Of a stretch of DNA of 64,000 nt, positions 11,353 through 21,367 are shown in pieces. The stretch lies in the NCBI GenBank assembly GCA_049510975.1, contig JBEKYM010000008.1, forward strand, positions 22,297 through 86,296. Direction: 5' to 3'. The position numbers and the translations under genes are program-made. The number at the start of each line of letters is the position of its first letter. The stretch's first letter is position 1. The stretch comes from Acidimicrobiales bacterium. Its GTDB lineage: Bacteria; Actinomycetota; Acidimicrobiia; Acidimicrobiales; Bog-793. The notes below the pieces were generated by a model. It searched no databases. It was not told the DNA's origin and was given only the letters and a program-made list of their open reading frames with translations.

Positions 11353-14250
11353 TCATTCTGCCCGGCGAGCCGACGAAGCGACGTGTTCCACACCTTCTTC
11401 GAGGAGATCGGGCCTTGTCTCGCGTACGGCTTGTTCGGCCGTGAGCGAGCGTCCGGTGGTGTTGGCGTCGGCCAGGTCGCTGGCGGAAAGCTCCTGGGAA
11501 AGCCGCCGCTCGAGCGCTTCGATGCGGACGATCCGGTGCTCGTCGTCCGCCAGCACCGTGGCGAGATCGGATCCGATCTGGCCGCAGAACTGCTCGGCGG
11601 CTCCGACGAGCACGGCGGCCTGCCGCGGCCTGCCACCGTCAACTTCGAGTCGTGCGAGTCCGAGCAGGACGCGCACAACCGGCAGCGCATAGCCGTTCGC
11701 CATCCCGAGGCGGAACGCCTCGCCGAGCAAGGCCGGGGCGCCAGGATCTCCGAGGTCGGCGAGCTCGACACCCCCGAGTGACGCCGTTCTGGCGATCTCA
11801 AAGGTATGACCGAGCCGGCGCAAGACGGTCAACGACTCAGCGATGCGGGCTCGAAACGTCGGGCTGTCGCCTTCTTCGAGTGCGACCTCGCCGAGCTCGC
11901 GTTGCAGCACGGCCGTATGACGGGGGTCGGTGGTGGCGTGGAGGGCGTTCGAAAAGGCGGTGCGAGCGGCCTCATAGTCGCGGTTCGCCTGGGCGATGTT
12001 CCCAAGTGCGTGAAATGCATAGGCGACAAAGCCGCCCGCGCCGGTGTTCTGCCCGAACCTCAGCAGCTTGGACGCGAGCTGCTGACTCCGATCGAAGTTC
12101 CCGGTCTTGTCATCGACGTACTTCGACAGCAGTACGGCTCCATACAGCGTCCAGCCGTACAGCTCGGTCGACGCCACGTCGTCCGCCAGAGCCCGTTCGG
12201 AACGGCTGAGACCTTCGTTCCACCGGCCCCGCACGAAGGCGTACCGAGCGAAGCGGGCGGCGATGAACAGGCTCGAGTCGCGGTCGCCGATCTCGAGGGC
12301 GTGCTCGAAGGCTGCTCGGACATCGTCGTCGAGTACCTCCATGGGCCGCATGACGTCGCTCGTCAGGTCGTCGCCCGGCCGCTCCGGGAACCCGGCTATG
12401 GCTGCGAGCACGTAGTCGAGGTGTGCTCGACGGATCTCCAGGAGCTCGCCTGCAGCCAGCAGTCGTTCGTGGGCATAGGCGCGGACGGTGACGAGCATCC
12501 TGTAGCTCGCCTCGGTCTCCACGTCTGCGATGGCGACCAAGCACTTGTCCACGAGGGAGGCCAATACGTCGAGGACGCCCGCCGGTCCGAGAGGCGGAGC
12601 GCCGCATACCGCCTCGGCGGCTTCGAGCGAGAAGGGGGAGTGGAAGACCGCCAGCCGGCGAAACAGCACTTGCTCGGTCGGCCCGAGCAGGTCGTAGCTC
12701 CACTTCATGGCTGCCGCCAGTGTCTGCTGGCGCGGGACTCGGCGGCGGCCCCCTTTGAGGAGCCCGAAGAGATCGGTCAGGCGCTTCAGGATCTCGGCGG
12801 GCGCGAGGTGAGCGACGCGCCCGGCTGCCAGTTCGATGGCGAGGGGGATCCCGTCGAGTCGCTCGCAGATCTCGACGATCACCCGTTCGGTCTCCGGGTC
12901 GATGCGCAGACCCGGCCGAACCGCCCGCGCTCGGTCGACGAAGAGGGCGGCGGCTTCGTCCTCGATGGGCATCGAGGGGACTTGGTAGGCCTGTTCGCCT
13001 TCGAGGCCAAGGGTTTCCCGGCTCGTGGCAAGGAGATGCAGATTGGCGCAGCTGGCGAGCAAGTTGTCAACGAGCGCCGCGCAGGCGTCGAGGAGGTGCT
13101 CGCAGTTGTCGAGCACGATCAGGGTTCGGCCTGTCGCCAAGACACTGGTCAGGTCGTCGAGGCCGCCGTCCGACATGGGCACGTCAAGAGCGACGGTGAT
13201 GGCTCGGGCCACCAGATCGGGGTCGGTGAGCGGCGCCAGGTCGACGAAGAAGACGCCCTCTGCGAAGTCGTCGAGCATGCGGGCGGCCGCTTCGAGCGCC
13301 AGTCGTGTCTTGCCGCAGCCGCCAATCCCCGTCAAGGTGACGAGGGGACCGGCATGGACGAGGTCGGCCACGTCGTCCAATTCCGCCTTGCGGCCGATGA
13401 AACGTGACCGCGGCACGGGCAGGTTGTGCGGCGGCTCGGGGCTCGAAGCCACCTCGGCGGCGCCGGCGGGCGCGTGCTGAGCGCTCTCGTCGGTTTGGAT
13501 GAGCAGGCTGGCGTCCTGGGCGAGGATGCGGCCGTCCAGCTGGCGCAGCTCCAAGCTGGGTTCGATCCCGAGCTCGTCGACGAGAACGGTGCGTAGCTGT
13601 TGAAAGGCCCGTAACGCGTCGGCTTGGCGGCCGGAGCGATACAGCGCCAGCATCCGCTGAGCCCAGAACCGTTCGCGCAACTGATGAGCGGTCGTGAGTG
13701 CTTCGAGCTGGCCGATCAGCTCGCCGTGCTTGCCACAGGCGAGCCGGGCGTCAACGAGCCACTCGATCCCAGCCAGGCGAGCCTCTTCCAGGCGCGCCAC
13801 TTCGGCTCGTGCCCAAGGGGCATCGTCGAGGCCGGCCAACGGCGTCCCTCGCCAGAGACCAAGCGACTCCTCCAGCAGGCGCGACGCACCAATGGCATCG
13901 CCCGCCAGCAGTGCGGCGTGCCCGTCTGCGGCCAGTTCGGCGAACCGAAGCGCATCCACCTCATCGGAGGTGACGCGCAGCACGTAGCCGGGTGGTTGGG
14001 TGACGATGCGATCGGCCTCTCCGACCGAGCGCAGCGCCTTACGCAGCTCGGAAAGGCGGACCTGGAGATTGGCCGCCGCCCGGTTCCGCTCCGAGCGGGG
14101 CCAGAGCTCGTCGGCCAGGCGCTCGGAAGACACCACTTGGTTCGCCTGAACGACCAGCAACGCCAGCACGGCGCGTGTGCGCGCTCCCCCCAAAGCGACG
14201 GCTTTTCCCTGGGCGCTTACTTCTACTGGACCAAGGATCCGAAACTCCAC
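11353..14250 (-). CDS. AfsR/SARP-family transcriptional regulator (OmpR-type HTH + BTAD + ATPase + TPR)
   Basis: MEFRILGPVEV N-terminus; RERFWAQRMLALYRSGRQADAL BTAD signature; GIGGCGKT Walker A; LDNCEHL; GIPLAIELAA. Confidence 0.9.
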   Translation of the reverse strand: MEFRILGPVEVSAQGKAVALGGARTRAVLALLVVQANQVVSSERLADELWPRSERNRAAANLQVRLSELRKALRSVGEADRIVTQPPGYVLRVTSDEVDALRFAELAADGHAALLAGDAIGASRLLEESLGLWRGTPLAGLDDAPWARAEVARLEEARLAGIEWLVDARLACGKHGELIGQLEALTTAHQLRERFWAQRMLALYRSGRQADALRAFQQLRTVLVDELGIEPSLELRQLDGRILAQDASLLIQTDESAQHAPAGAAEVASSPEPPHNLPVPRSRFIGRKAELDDVADLVHAGPLVTLTGIGGCGKTRLALEAAARMLDDFAEGVFFVDLAPLTDPDLVARAITVALDVPMSDGGLDDLTSVLATGRTLIVLDNCEHLLDACAALVDNLLASCANLHLLATSRETLGLEGEQAYQVPSMPIEDEAAALFVDRARAVRPGLRIDPETERVIVEICERLDGIPLAIELAAGRVAHLAPAEILKRLTDLFGLLKGGRRRVPRQQTLAAAMKWSYDLLGPTEQVLFRRLAVFHSPFSLEAAEAVCGAPPLGPAGVLDVLASLVDKCLVAIADVETEASYRMLVTVRAYAHERLLAAGELLEIRRAHLDYVLAAIAGFPERPGDDLTSDVMRPMEVLDDDVRAAFEHALEIGDRDSSLFIAARFARYAFVRGRWNEGLSRSERALADDVASTELYGWTLYGAVLLSKYVDDKTGNFDRSQQLASKLLRFGQNTGAGGFVAYAFHALGNIAQANRDYEAARTAFSNALHATTDPRHTAVLQRELGEVALEEGDSPTFRARIAESLTVLRRLGHTFEIARTASLGGVELADLGDPGAPALLGEAFRLGMANGYALPVVRVLLGLARLEVDGGRPRQAAVLVGAAEQFCGQIGSDLATVLADDEHRIVRIEALERRLSQELSASDLADANTTGRSLTAEQAVRETRPDLLEEGVEHVASSARRAE

Positions 14251-14321
14251 GTTTCACCATCCCGACCTCGAAGCACCCTCGTTCCGTACCGCCAGGCCAG
14301 CCTACTGCCACGTTTCTGAGG

Positions 14322-14340
14322 TTCGTAAGCGATTCGTGAG
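14322..14340 (+). promoter_or_regulatory. Putative SARP/OmpR-type direct-repeat operator
   Basis: TTCGTAAG (14322) and TTCGTGAG (14333), 11 bp apart, in the gap between the SARP gene and the divergent secreted-protein gene. Confidence 0.4.
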
Positions 14341-14437
14341 TCCGTCGAAACCCGCCAGGGCGACGATGAACCCGAGGTGACCGGCTGCCTGCAGCGGGCG
14401 CTTCGACAGGACCACACACGACCGAAAGGATTGACCA

Positions 14438-14860
14438 ATGCGTATTCCACGTTGGGCGAGCGTGGCGGCGATTGCCGTTGCGGCAACAGCACTCTCGGCG
14501 GGGGCCGGCTTCGGCGTCGCCTCGGCGTCGACGCGACCCGCCGCCAAGCCGATCGCTCGCACGGTCAGCGCGGGGGTGTCCGCTTCGCCGAGGACGACGA
14601 AAGCAGCCTGGCAGGGCGACGTCGCCTATACGGTGCCGACCGGGACGACCGACTTGTTCTATCACTACGCCTGCCCGGCCAAGCAGATCGCCCTCAGCGG
14701 GAGCTTCCACAACGCAAGCGGCAGCTCAGGGGCAACGCTCTCGGGGTCGTTCCCGAGAACCGACATCACGCCGTTGTACAGCCAGTGGGGCTGGGTCTTC
14801 CTCTGGCCGGGCGGCTCGCCGGCGGGCTACTCGATCACGTTCGACGTCTACTGCAAGTAG
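14438..14860 (+). CDS. Small secreted protein of unknown function
   Basis: AAAGGA RBS; signal peptide; Cys pair (YACP...VYCK). Confidence 0.7.
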   Translation: MRIPRWASVAAIAVAATALSAGAGFGVASASTRPAAKPIARTVSAGVSASPRTTKAAWQGDVAYTVPTGTTDLFYHYACPAKQIALSGSFHNASGSSGATLSGSFPRTDITPLYSQWGWVFLWPGGSPAGYSITFDVYCK

Positions 14861-14894
14861 GTCCGAATCTGGCCGGGGCGCACCCGACCGTCTT

Positions 14895-14927
14895 CGAGGG
14901 GCCCGCCGGTCGCCGGCGGGCCCCTCG
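14895..14927 (+). terminator. Strong hairpin, likely intrinsic terminator
   Basis: Perfect 15-bp stem CGAGGGGCCCGCCGG-TCG-CCGGCGGGCCCCTCG, 35 nt after the stop at 14860; no U-tract. Confidence 0.65.
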
Positions 14928-15034
14928 TCGCGGAACGCCGCCGTGCGCTCAGGCGCCGGCGATCGACAAGCCCCGGCCGCCTCTCGAGGGTGAAGGGACA
15001 CCCGGGCACACGAGCGAGCGGTAACCTCGGCGAA

Positions 15035-15376
15035 GTGCCAAAAGCGATCCGATCCGGCCTCGGTGGCGTGATCGTGTTGGTGCTTGGGCGCTTGTCGGCG
15101 GCCGGCACGCTCCCGCGTAACCCGCTTGCCGGCATTCGCATCCCGTCGACCTTGCGCAGCGACGAAGCCTGGAAGGCTGGGCACCGGGCGGCGGCGTCGG
15201 CCTTGACCGCAGCAGGCGTCGGGCCGGTCGTGGCAGCGGCCGCCGTCGCTGCACGGCGTCCTTCGCCCGACGCGGAGAAGCTCCTCCTCCGTGCTGGCAG
15301 TGTGTGGCTCGTGTGCTGGCTCGGAGTGGCAACGTGGCAGGCGAGCCGGGCGGCACGGGCGACGAACGCCGCCTGA
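15035..15376 (+). CDS. SdpI/YhfL-family membrane protein
   Basis: RNPLAGIRIPSTLRSDEAWKAGHR matches the SdpI GiRt-x-T-L-x-S-x-x-x-W pattern; three hydrophobic segments. Start uncertain (14990 or 15035). Confidence 0.75.
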   Translation: MPKAIRSGLGGVIVLVLGRLSAAGTLPRNPLAGIRIPSTLRSDEAWKAGHRAAASALTAAGVGPVVAAAAVAARRPSPDAEKLLLRAGSVWLVCWLGVATWQASRAARATNAA

Positions 15377-15439
15377 ATCCGAGCCGGCCCGTCTGAACCG
15401 GCGGGCCGAGGGCTTCTCAACGGTCCGTCACCTAGCTTT

Positions 15440-17116
15440 GTGCCGGTGGCAGGCGAGCAGCGATCCGTAGCGCCGGTCGCCGGCACGGTCCGGGTTGCGC
15501 TCCGCATCGTGGCGCACCTCGTCGCCGAAGTGCCGGTGCTCGTCGTCGCACTCCTGCAGATCGCCCACGGATGGCTGCCGACGAGCGACGACGCCGTCAT
15601 CGCCTGGCGGAGCTTCGAAGTCTTCTCGCGACAGATCCCCCTCGACGGCCAGTTCACCCAGGTGACCGCCACCGGCGGCCCGACCGCCTTCGACCTCGGC
15701 CCGATGCAGTACTTCCTGCTCGCCATCCCCGACCGCATCGATCCGGTGCACGGTGTCTTGTGGGGTGCGGCCGTCGTCATCGTCGCCCTCCTCGCCATCG
15801 CCGTGGAAGCCGCCTGGTCCGCCGGCGGCCCGCTGGCCGGAGGGCTCGTCGGCCTCGCCGGCGCCCTGCTCACCGAGTCTCTCTTCGAGTCGACCGTCAA
15901 TCTCGCTTGGAACCCGTCGATCGGGGTCTACGCCTTCCTCGCCACCCTCGTCCTCGGCCTCGCCGTCGCACGCGGCCGCTTGCGTTGGCTGCCGGTAGCT
16001 GTCGCCACCGCCAGCCTTGCCACCCAGTGCCATCTCTCGCTCGCCGTCCCGAGTGCTGCGGCGCTCGCCATCGGTGTGTTGATCGGGTTCGTTGGACGCC
16101 CGCAGCACTGGAAGCTGCCGCTGGCCTCGGCCCTCGTCGTCGGAGTCCTCTGCTGGCTGGCGCCGCTCGTCCAGCAAGTCACCGGCCACCCTGGCAACTG
16201 GACCGTGGTGGCGGACAGCCTCTCCCGACATGGTCGATCGGTTGGCTTCGGGGACGGATTGCGCGGCATCGCCAGTGTGACGACGTTCCCGCCGGCCTGG
16301 TGGGTGCATGTGCCTGCCGTGAACACCGTGGCGCGCTTCCACCAGTTCAACTCGACCCTCTATCGCCAGTCGCCGGTGTCTGGAGCCGCCGCCCTCGTGC
16401 TCTGCGGAGTCATCGCCGGTGTCGCCGGGGTCCGCCGGCACCGCGGCCTCATGATCCTTGCAGCCATGGCTGGCTTGACCGGGCTGGCGGCGGCCTGGAC
16501 CCTTGGTGCGGTTCCGGAGTCGCAGTCGCTCTACCGCTACTACTACCTCTATTTCGTCCTGTGGCCGACTGGCATGGCCATGATGGCCGCCTACGGCTGG
16601 GCTGTGGCCGCTGTCGCCGCCGCCGGGTGGCGGGCGAGGCGCCCTCACGCCAAGCCCGAGGGTCGCCGCCAGGTCTTGACGGCGACGGTGGGCGCCGCCG
16701 CCGCCGGCGCCCTGCTCCTTGCGGCCGCCGGCACAGGGCTGGCTCTCCTCGATGTTCCCCTCGCCTCCAGCCCGTTGTTCCTGCAGGGTTGGGTACCGGT
16801 GCACATCGTGGGCGCCGCACTCCCGCAGGCGATGAACGTTCTTGACGCCCACGATCCTCGCGGCGGAAGCGAACGGCCCTTCACCGTCGTGACGGGCGTG
16901 GATCTCGGGTTGCAAACCGGCATCGAGGACGCACTTGCTTACCTCCTCACCGTCCACGGCTACAGCGCTCGGGTGACCGGTGCCGCCGAGCTGCCCCTCG
17001 GCAGCCACCTGCAGGCAAAGCCGGGAGAGCCGCAACTCCTGGTGAGCCAACGCCTTTCCGGCAGGAGAATTGTCACGGTCGTGACATGGGTTCCCGGCTC
17101 CGGCGCGGCTGGCTGA
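15440..17116 (+). CDS. Multi-pass membrane protein, possible GT-C-type glycosyltransferase
   Basis: About 10-12 hydrophobic segments; early DD motif (PTSDDA); GP-x-x-Y and WNP motifs. Confidence 0.6.
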   Translation: MPVAGEQRSVAPVAGTVRVALRIVAHLVAEVPVLVVALLQIAHGWLPTSDDAVIAWRSFEVFSRQIPLDGQFTQVTATGGPTAFDLGPMQYFLLAIPDRIDPVHGVLWGAAVVIVALLAIAVEAAWSAGGPLAGGLVGLAGALLTESLFESTVNLAWNPSIGVYAFLATLVLGLAVARGRLRWLPVAVATASLATQCHLSLAVPSAAALAIGVLIGFVGRPQHWKLPLASALVVGVLCWLAPLVQQVTGHPGNWTVVADSLSRHGRSVGFGDGLRGIASVTTFPPAWWVHVPAVNTVARFHQFNSTLYRQSPVSGAAALVLCGVIAGVAGVRRHRGLMILAAMAGLTGLAAAWTLGAVPESQSLYRYYYLYFVLWPTGMAMMAAYGWAVAAVAAAGWRARRPHAKPEGRRQVLTATVGAAAAGALLLAAAGTGLALLDVPLASSPLFLQGWVPVHIVGAALPQAMNVLDAHDPRGGSERPFTVVTGVDLGLQTGIEDALAYLLTVHGYSARVTGAAELPLGSHLQAKPGEPQLLVSQRLSGRRIVTVVTWVPGSGAAG

Positions 17117-17206
17117 GCCGGCGTCGCTCACGCGCCGGCGCGGGCCTGGGCGCCAGCTGCAAGGCTGGCGGAGATCAGCACAACGGCGCGACCGTCGACC
17201 GAGGAG

Positions 17207-17647
17207 GTGGGTGTGCTCCGCTTCGAGAGTGGTGAGGGCTTGCGCCGTGAAGCGCGCGGGAGCGAGATGTGGTTCAAGGCGACGGCCTCGGACACCGGCG
17301 GCCGGTTCTCGTTGATGGAGCGGACGTTGCCGGCCGGCGGGCGGATGCCTCCCGCTCACCGCCACGCCGGGAACGAGGAGGGGTACTTCGTGCTCGAGGG
17401 AGCCGTGGAGTTCCGCGTCGGCGACGACGTCGTCGAGGGCCGCCAAGGGACCTTCGTCCTCGTGCCGGCGGGCGAGGCGCACACCTTCGGGAACACGAGC
17501 AACGACCCGGCCCGTGTCCTCGTCCTGCACGCCCCGGCGCTCGACGGTTACTTCGGCGACTTGGAGGAGCTCTGGTCGTCGCCCGAGCCACCCGAGCACG
17601 AGACAGAGCTCGCCCTCATGCGCCGGCACGGCATGGAGCCCGCCTGA
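17207..17647 (+). CDS. Cupin domain protein
   Basis: PPAHRH...EGYFVLEG and VPAGEAHTFGN cupin motifs; GGAGG upstream. Confidence 0.85.
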   Translation: MGVLRFESGEGLRREARGSEMWFKATASDTGGRFSLMERTLPAGGRMPPAHRHAGNEEGYFVLEGAVEFRVGDDVVEGRQGTFVLVPAGEAHTFGNTSNDPARVLVLHAPALDGYFGDLEELWSSPEPPEHETELALMRRHGMEPA

Positions 17648-17667
17648 GGCGGAGTCGTCGCGGTGAC

Positions 17668-18474
17668 TCAGGTGCCGGCGCCGGCCTCGACGCCGAACTC
17701 GCGCAGCAGCTCTTGGGAATAGGTAATGCGTCCCGTCAACTCGCTCGGGGGACGTGAGCAGAGCAACAACGCCGCTTCTGCCATGACGCCGACCGGCTCA
17801 TGGCGCTCCTTCGGCACGAGTTTGTCGAGCTCGTGATGCTGCACGCCCGGAGTGACGACGAGACCGGAAGGCGACAGTGCGTTGACGGCGATCCCGTCGT
17901 CGTACAACTCCGCCGCGAGCCCCGTCGAGAAACGCTCCAGGGCCGCTTTGCACATCCCATAGACGGTCCCGCCGCCGGAGCGGAAAGGCGGTCCTTGCGG
18001 GTGGATGGCGGCAGGCGACGAGATGTTCAGGATCCAGCCCGATCCAGCCGAGCGCATCGCCGGGATCACGAGTTGGGCGAGCTGAAAGGGTGCCAGCACC
18101 TGAACGTCGAACATGAGCTGCCACCGGCGCAGGTCGAAGTCGGCGACCGGCGCGAAGTAGGTGATGGCAGCGTTGTTGACAAGGATGTCGAGAGGTCCGA
18201 GCTGCTCGCTCACGGTCGCAACGACACGCTCGCGATCTTCCGCCCGGCTCAGATCCGCTGGTACGGCGACGGCGGTGCCGCCCGCGTCGCTGATGGACCG
18301 CAGCGTGCTGGCGATGCTCCCTGCAAAGCGGTGATCGCCTTCCTCCATCGTCCTAGCCGTGATGCCCACTGCGGCACCCTCTCGGGCGAGGCGGCGGGCG
18401 ATGGCCTCGCCGATGCCCCTGCTGGCGCCCGTCACGAGGGCCACGCGGCCCGAGAGTCGTTCATTCGATGACAT
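17668..18474 (-). CDS. SDR family oxidoreductase
   Basis: TGASRGIG, NNAA and YGMCK catalytic motif. Real start is ATG 18474; the longer ORF extension overlaps the next gene. Confidence 0.9.
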   Translation of the reverse strand: MSSNERLSGRVALVTGASRGIGEAIARRLAREGAAVGITARTMEEGDHRFAGSIASTLRSISDAGGTAVAVPADLSRAEDRERVVATVSEQLGPLDILVNNAAITYFAPVADFDLRRWQLMFDVQVLAPFQLAQLVIPAMRSAGSGWILNISSPAAIHPQGPPFRSGGGTVYGMCKAALERFSTGLAAELYDDGIAVNALSPSGLVVTPGVQHHELDKLVPKERHEPVGVMAEAALLLCSRPPSELTGRITYSQELLREFGVEAGAGT

Positions 18475-18520
18475 GTCGGTCACTCCGTTCCCGCTCTGTC
18501 GAGTTGTCTGGCGCACTCGG

Positions 18521-19219
18521 CTATTCGACGAGCGGGCTGTCGCGCAACTCGAGCGGCGAGTTGTCGAACATCGCAAGGTAGGGAACGGGGTCACCCGTCC
18601 ACGGCAAGGCGAGGAACTGCTCGGTCGAGCGTCGGCCGCCGAAACTGCGCAGCAGTTCGAACCTCGACGCCTCGACCCGCACCGACGGCGCGCCCTCGCC
18701 GGCAACCGCAGTCCACTCGGGCGAGACGAGGGCCAGGGTGGCAAGGCCGTTGGAGCGCACGAAGGAGTCGAGGGCACTCTCCAAGAAACCCAGGCCGACG
18801 CCGACACACTCCGCATCCCGTCCCCCCGGCCGCCCGAGGGCGCCGCGGATGTCCTGCTCGTGCAAGGTGGCGTCGAAGACGAACTGTGAAGCTTCCGGGC
18901 GAGGAAAGGCCGGGGCCAGCGACTGCACGACGGGGCCGACTTCTCCCCATCGCTGCAGGAGCCGAGCGAGCCCGAGGTTCGAGAACCGCGCCACCTGGTC
19001 GTCTGCCCAGGCGGTCGTCCCGACGCCCTCGAGGTTGCCGTCGACGATGTCGATGCAGGCTCCCGTCAGGTGAGCGACCGTGTCGGTCACCGACCACGCC
19101 GGGCACCCCGGGACCGTCGTGGCGGCGCCGCTGGCGTCGTCGAGGTCGGCGAGCAGTTGGGTGAGCCGGTCCCGTACCTCGCCGTAGGCCTCGAGGGCAA
19201 CCGTCTGGTCGACCAGCAT
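18521..19219 (-). CDS. Mycothiol-dependent maleylpyruvate isomerase (MDMPI/DinB-like) family protein
   Basis: VPGCPAWSVTDTVAHL and DATLHEQDIRGALG; TAGGGT -10 element 6 nt before ATG (leaderless). Confidence 0.8.
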   Translation of the reverse strand: MLVDQTVALEAYGEVRDRLTQLLADLDDASGAATTVPGCPAWSVTDTVAHLTGACIDIVDGNLEGVGTTAWADDQVARFSNLGLARLLQRWGEVGPVVQSLAPAFPRPEASQFVFDATLHEQDIRGALGRPGGRDAECVGVGLGFLESALDSFVRSNGLATLALVSPEWTAVAGEGAPSVRVEASRFELLRSFGGRRSTEQFLALPWTGDPVPYLAMFDNSPLELRDSPLVE

Positions 19220-19318
19220 CAGCCGACCCTACATCGGCCTCGGCGAGGCCGACACGGATTGTGGCCGCGCCGGAAATGCCTTAGGAAGGCGCCGTAGCGC
19301 CGCAACTAGGCTCAGCCG

Positions 19319-20806
19319 ATGACGACGCTCACAGAACCCTGGCTCTACGCATGGCCGCAGTCGGTCGTGGCGGGACAGACGGTCGCCCTGCGCGCCGCCG
19401 GGCCGACGGCGGAGGCTCGCTTCGCCATCCATCGCGTCGGGCTCCACCGGGAGCTCGTCTGGTCTGGCGACATCACCGTCGAGCCGCACGACTTGCCGGA
19501 CAACGCCGCCTCCCACGGATGCCCGTGGCCGGACAGCGCCACGGTCGAGGTGGAGCCGTCGTGGCGGAGCGGTTACTACGAGGTCAGTCTCGCCACGAAG
19601 GCGGGCTTTGCGCGGGAGGCGGTGGCGTACTTCGTCGTTCGAGCGGCGGAGCCGGACATCACCCGACCGCTGCTCGTGCTCACGACGAACACCTGGAATG
19701 CCTACAACGACTTCGGCGGCCGCAACCTGTACTCACGGGGGACGCGCGTCTCGTTCGCGAGGCCGCTCGCCCCCGGGTACCTGCGCAAGCCCGACGGTCC
19801 CGGAAGCCGGGTGGCCGTCGTCGAGGCTCCCGACTTCGGGATGCGGGCGTATCGGACCTACTTGCGGGACCACCAGTTCTCTCGGTGGGCCGGCTCGGCC
19901 GGGTGGCCGAATGCCGAGCTGCCGTTCGTTCGATGGGCCGAGCAGGCCGGTTACGAGCTCGATTACGCCGTCAACGCCGATCTCGAGCTCGTGCCCGGTC
20001 TGCTCGACGGGCGCCGGCTCTACCTGTCGGTCGGCCACGACGAGTACTGGAGCTGGGAGATGCGTGACGCCGTCGAGTCGTTCGTGCGCGGCGGCGGCAA
20101 CGCCGTCTTCCTGTCGGGCAACACGAGCTTCTGGCAGGTCCGCCTCGAGGACGGCGGAGCCACCATGATCGGCTTCAAGGACCAGTTCAAGAAGGACCCG
20201 GTCTACGAGTCCGACCGCCAGCACCTCTTGACTTCGATGTGGTCCGATCACCTCGTCGAGCGGCCTGAGAACGAGATGACCGGAGTGTCGTTCTCCCGCG
20301 GCGGATATCACCGGATCGGCAAGGCAGTTGCCGTTGGCGCCGGCGGCTACACCGTCTATCGGCCCGAGCACTGGGTGTTCGAAGGAACCGATTGCATGTA
20401 CGGAGACGTGATCGGGGCCGGTGCGGTCACCGTCGGCTACGAATGCGACGGGTGCGAGTTCATGATGCGCGACGGACTGCCGTACCCGACCGGGAGCGAC
20501 GGCACTCCGGCCGACTTCGAGATCTTGGGTCTCGTCCCCGCCCGGCTGTTCGGTCGCGACAACGACCCGTCAGGGGTTCCCGAGGGCGCCCGCTCGGAGT
20601 GCGAGTTCATCGCCTGGCGCGTGCTCGGGCGCGAGGAGCCGGAGGATGTCGCCCGTTTCGAGCACGGGCATGCGGTCATGGGCGTCCATCGGCCCGGTGG
20701 CACCGTGTTCACGGCGGGCACGACCGAGTGGGCATGGGGCCTCGCGAACCACGACGCCACCATCGAGCGCATCACGCGTAACCTCCTTGACCGCCTGGCA
20801 GTCTGA
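19319..20806 (+). CDS. N,N-dimethylformamidase large-subunit-like protein (DUF6605)
   Basis: TWNAYNDFGGRNLY, VSFARP, SVGHDEYWS, FLSGNT and GYECDG; TAGGCT -10 element 6 nt before ATG. Confidence 0.78.
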   Translation: MTTLTEPWLYAWPQSVVAGQTVALRAAGPTAEARFAIHRVGLHRELVWSGDITVEPHDLPDNAASHGCPWPDSATVEVEPSWRSGYYEVSLATKAGFAREAVAYFVVRAAEPDITRPLLVLTTNTWNAYNDFGGRNLYSRGTRVSFARPLAPGYLRKPDGPGSRVAVVEAPDFGMRAYRTYLRDHQFSRWAGSAGWPNAELPFVRWAEQAGYELDYAVNADLELVPGLLDGRRLYLSVGHDEYWSWEMRDAVESFVRGGGNAVFLSGNTSFWQVRLEDGGATMIGFKDQFKKDPVYESDRQHLLTSMWSDHLVERPENEMTGVSFSRGGYHRIGKAVAVGAGGYTVYRPEHWVFEGTDCMYGDVIGAGAVTVGYECDGCEFMMRDGLPYPTGSDGTPADFEILGLVPARLFGRDNDPSGVPEGARSECEFIAWRVLGREEPEDVARFEHGHAVMGVHRPGGTVFTAGTTEWAWGLANHDATIERITRNLLDRLAV

Positions 20807-20884
20807 GCCGCTCCGAGCGACCGCCATCGGCCGCCTCGATCGTCGGCTCAACCCTGCGGAACCGAGTCGAGTGGGGTCAGCGGT

Positions 20885-21358
20885 TCAGCGGCCCGTCTGG
20901 CCGTCAACGAGCTCGCGGAGGATGTCGGCGTGTCCGGCGTGGCGGGCGGTCTCCTCGAGCAGGTGTGCGAGCACCCATCGCAGGTTGACCGGTGACCCCT
21001 CAGGCCGGCGGCACATGTCGTCAAGGCTGTGAGCTGCCGTCACGATGCGGTCGGCTTCTCGCCATGCCGCTTGGTAGGCGGTGACCGCCTCCGCCAAGGT
21101 GCCGGCTGGCTGTGTGGCGTCGTCCGACAGCTCCACGTCCTCGCCGCCGAAGCGGTAGACGATCCAGGTGAGCTCCGCGTGCGCCATGTGCCGGACCAGC
21201 CACAGCAGCGTGGTCCCGGAACCGACGAACGTCGCCCGGGCGGCCGCCTCGCTGATGCCGTCGACCTTGCGGACGAGTGACTCGCGCTGATACTGGAGCA
21301 GCGCTCGCAGCGTGTCGCCTTCAGCGGCCTCGAGCCGAGGGGGTCGTTGGTCAGGCAC
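20885..21358 (-). CDS. DinB/DUF664 family protein
   Basis: SGTTLLWLVRHMAHAE and HLLEETARHAGHADILRELVDG. Confidence 0.85.
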   Translation of the reverse strand: MPDQRPPRLEAAEGDTLRALLQYQRESLVRKVDGISEAAARATFVGSGTTLLWLVRHMAHAELTWIVYRFGGEDVELSDDATQPAGTLAEAVTAYQAAWREADRIVTAAHSLDDMCRRPEGSPVNLRWVLAHLLEETARHAGHADILRELVDGQTGR

Positions 21359-21367
21359 CGCAACGCG

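Noticed and set aside
15428-17629. 733-aa minus-strand ORF, and many similar long antisense or alternate-frame ORFs (e.g. 37128-39500, 52608-54257, 60194-61996)
   Set aside because: Shadow ORFs of high-GC coding DNA: Arg/Pro/Gly-rich, without motifs, and overlapping well-supported genes.
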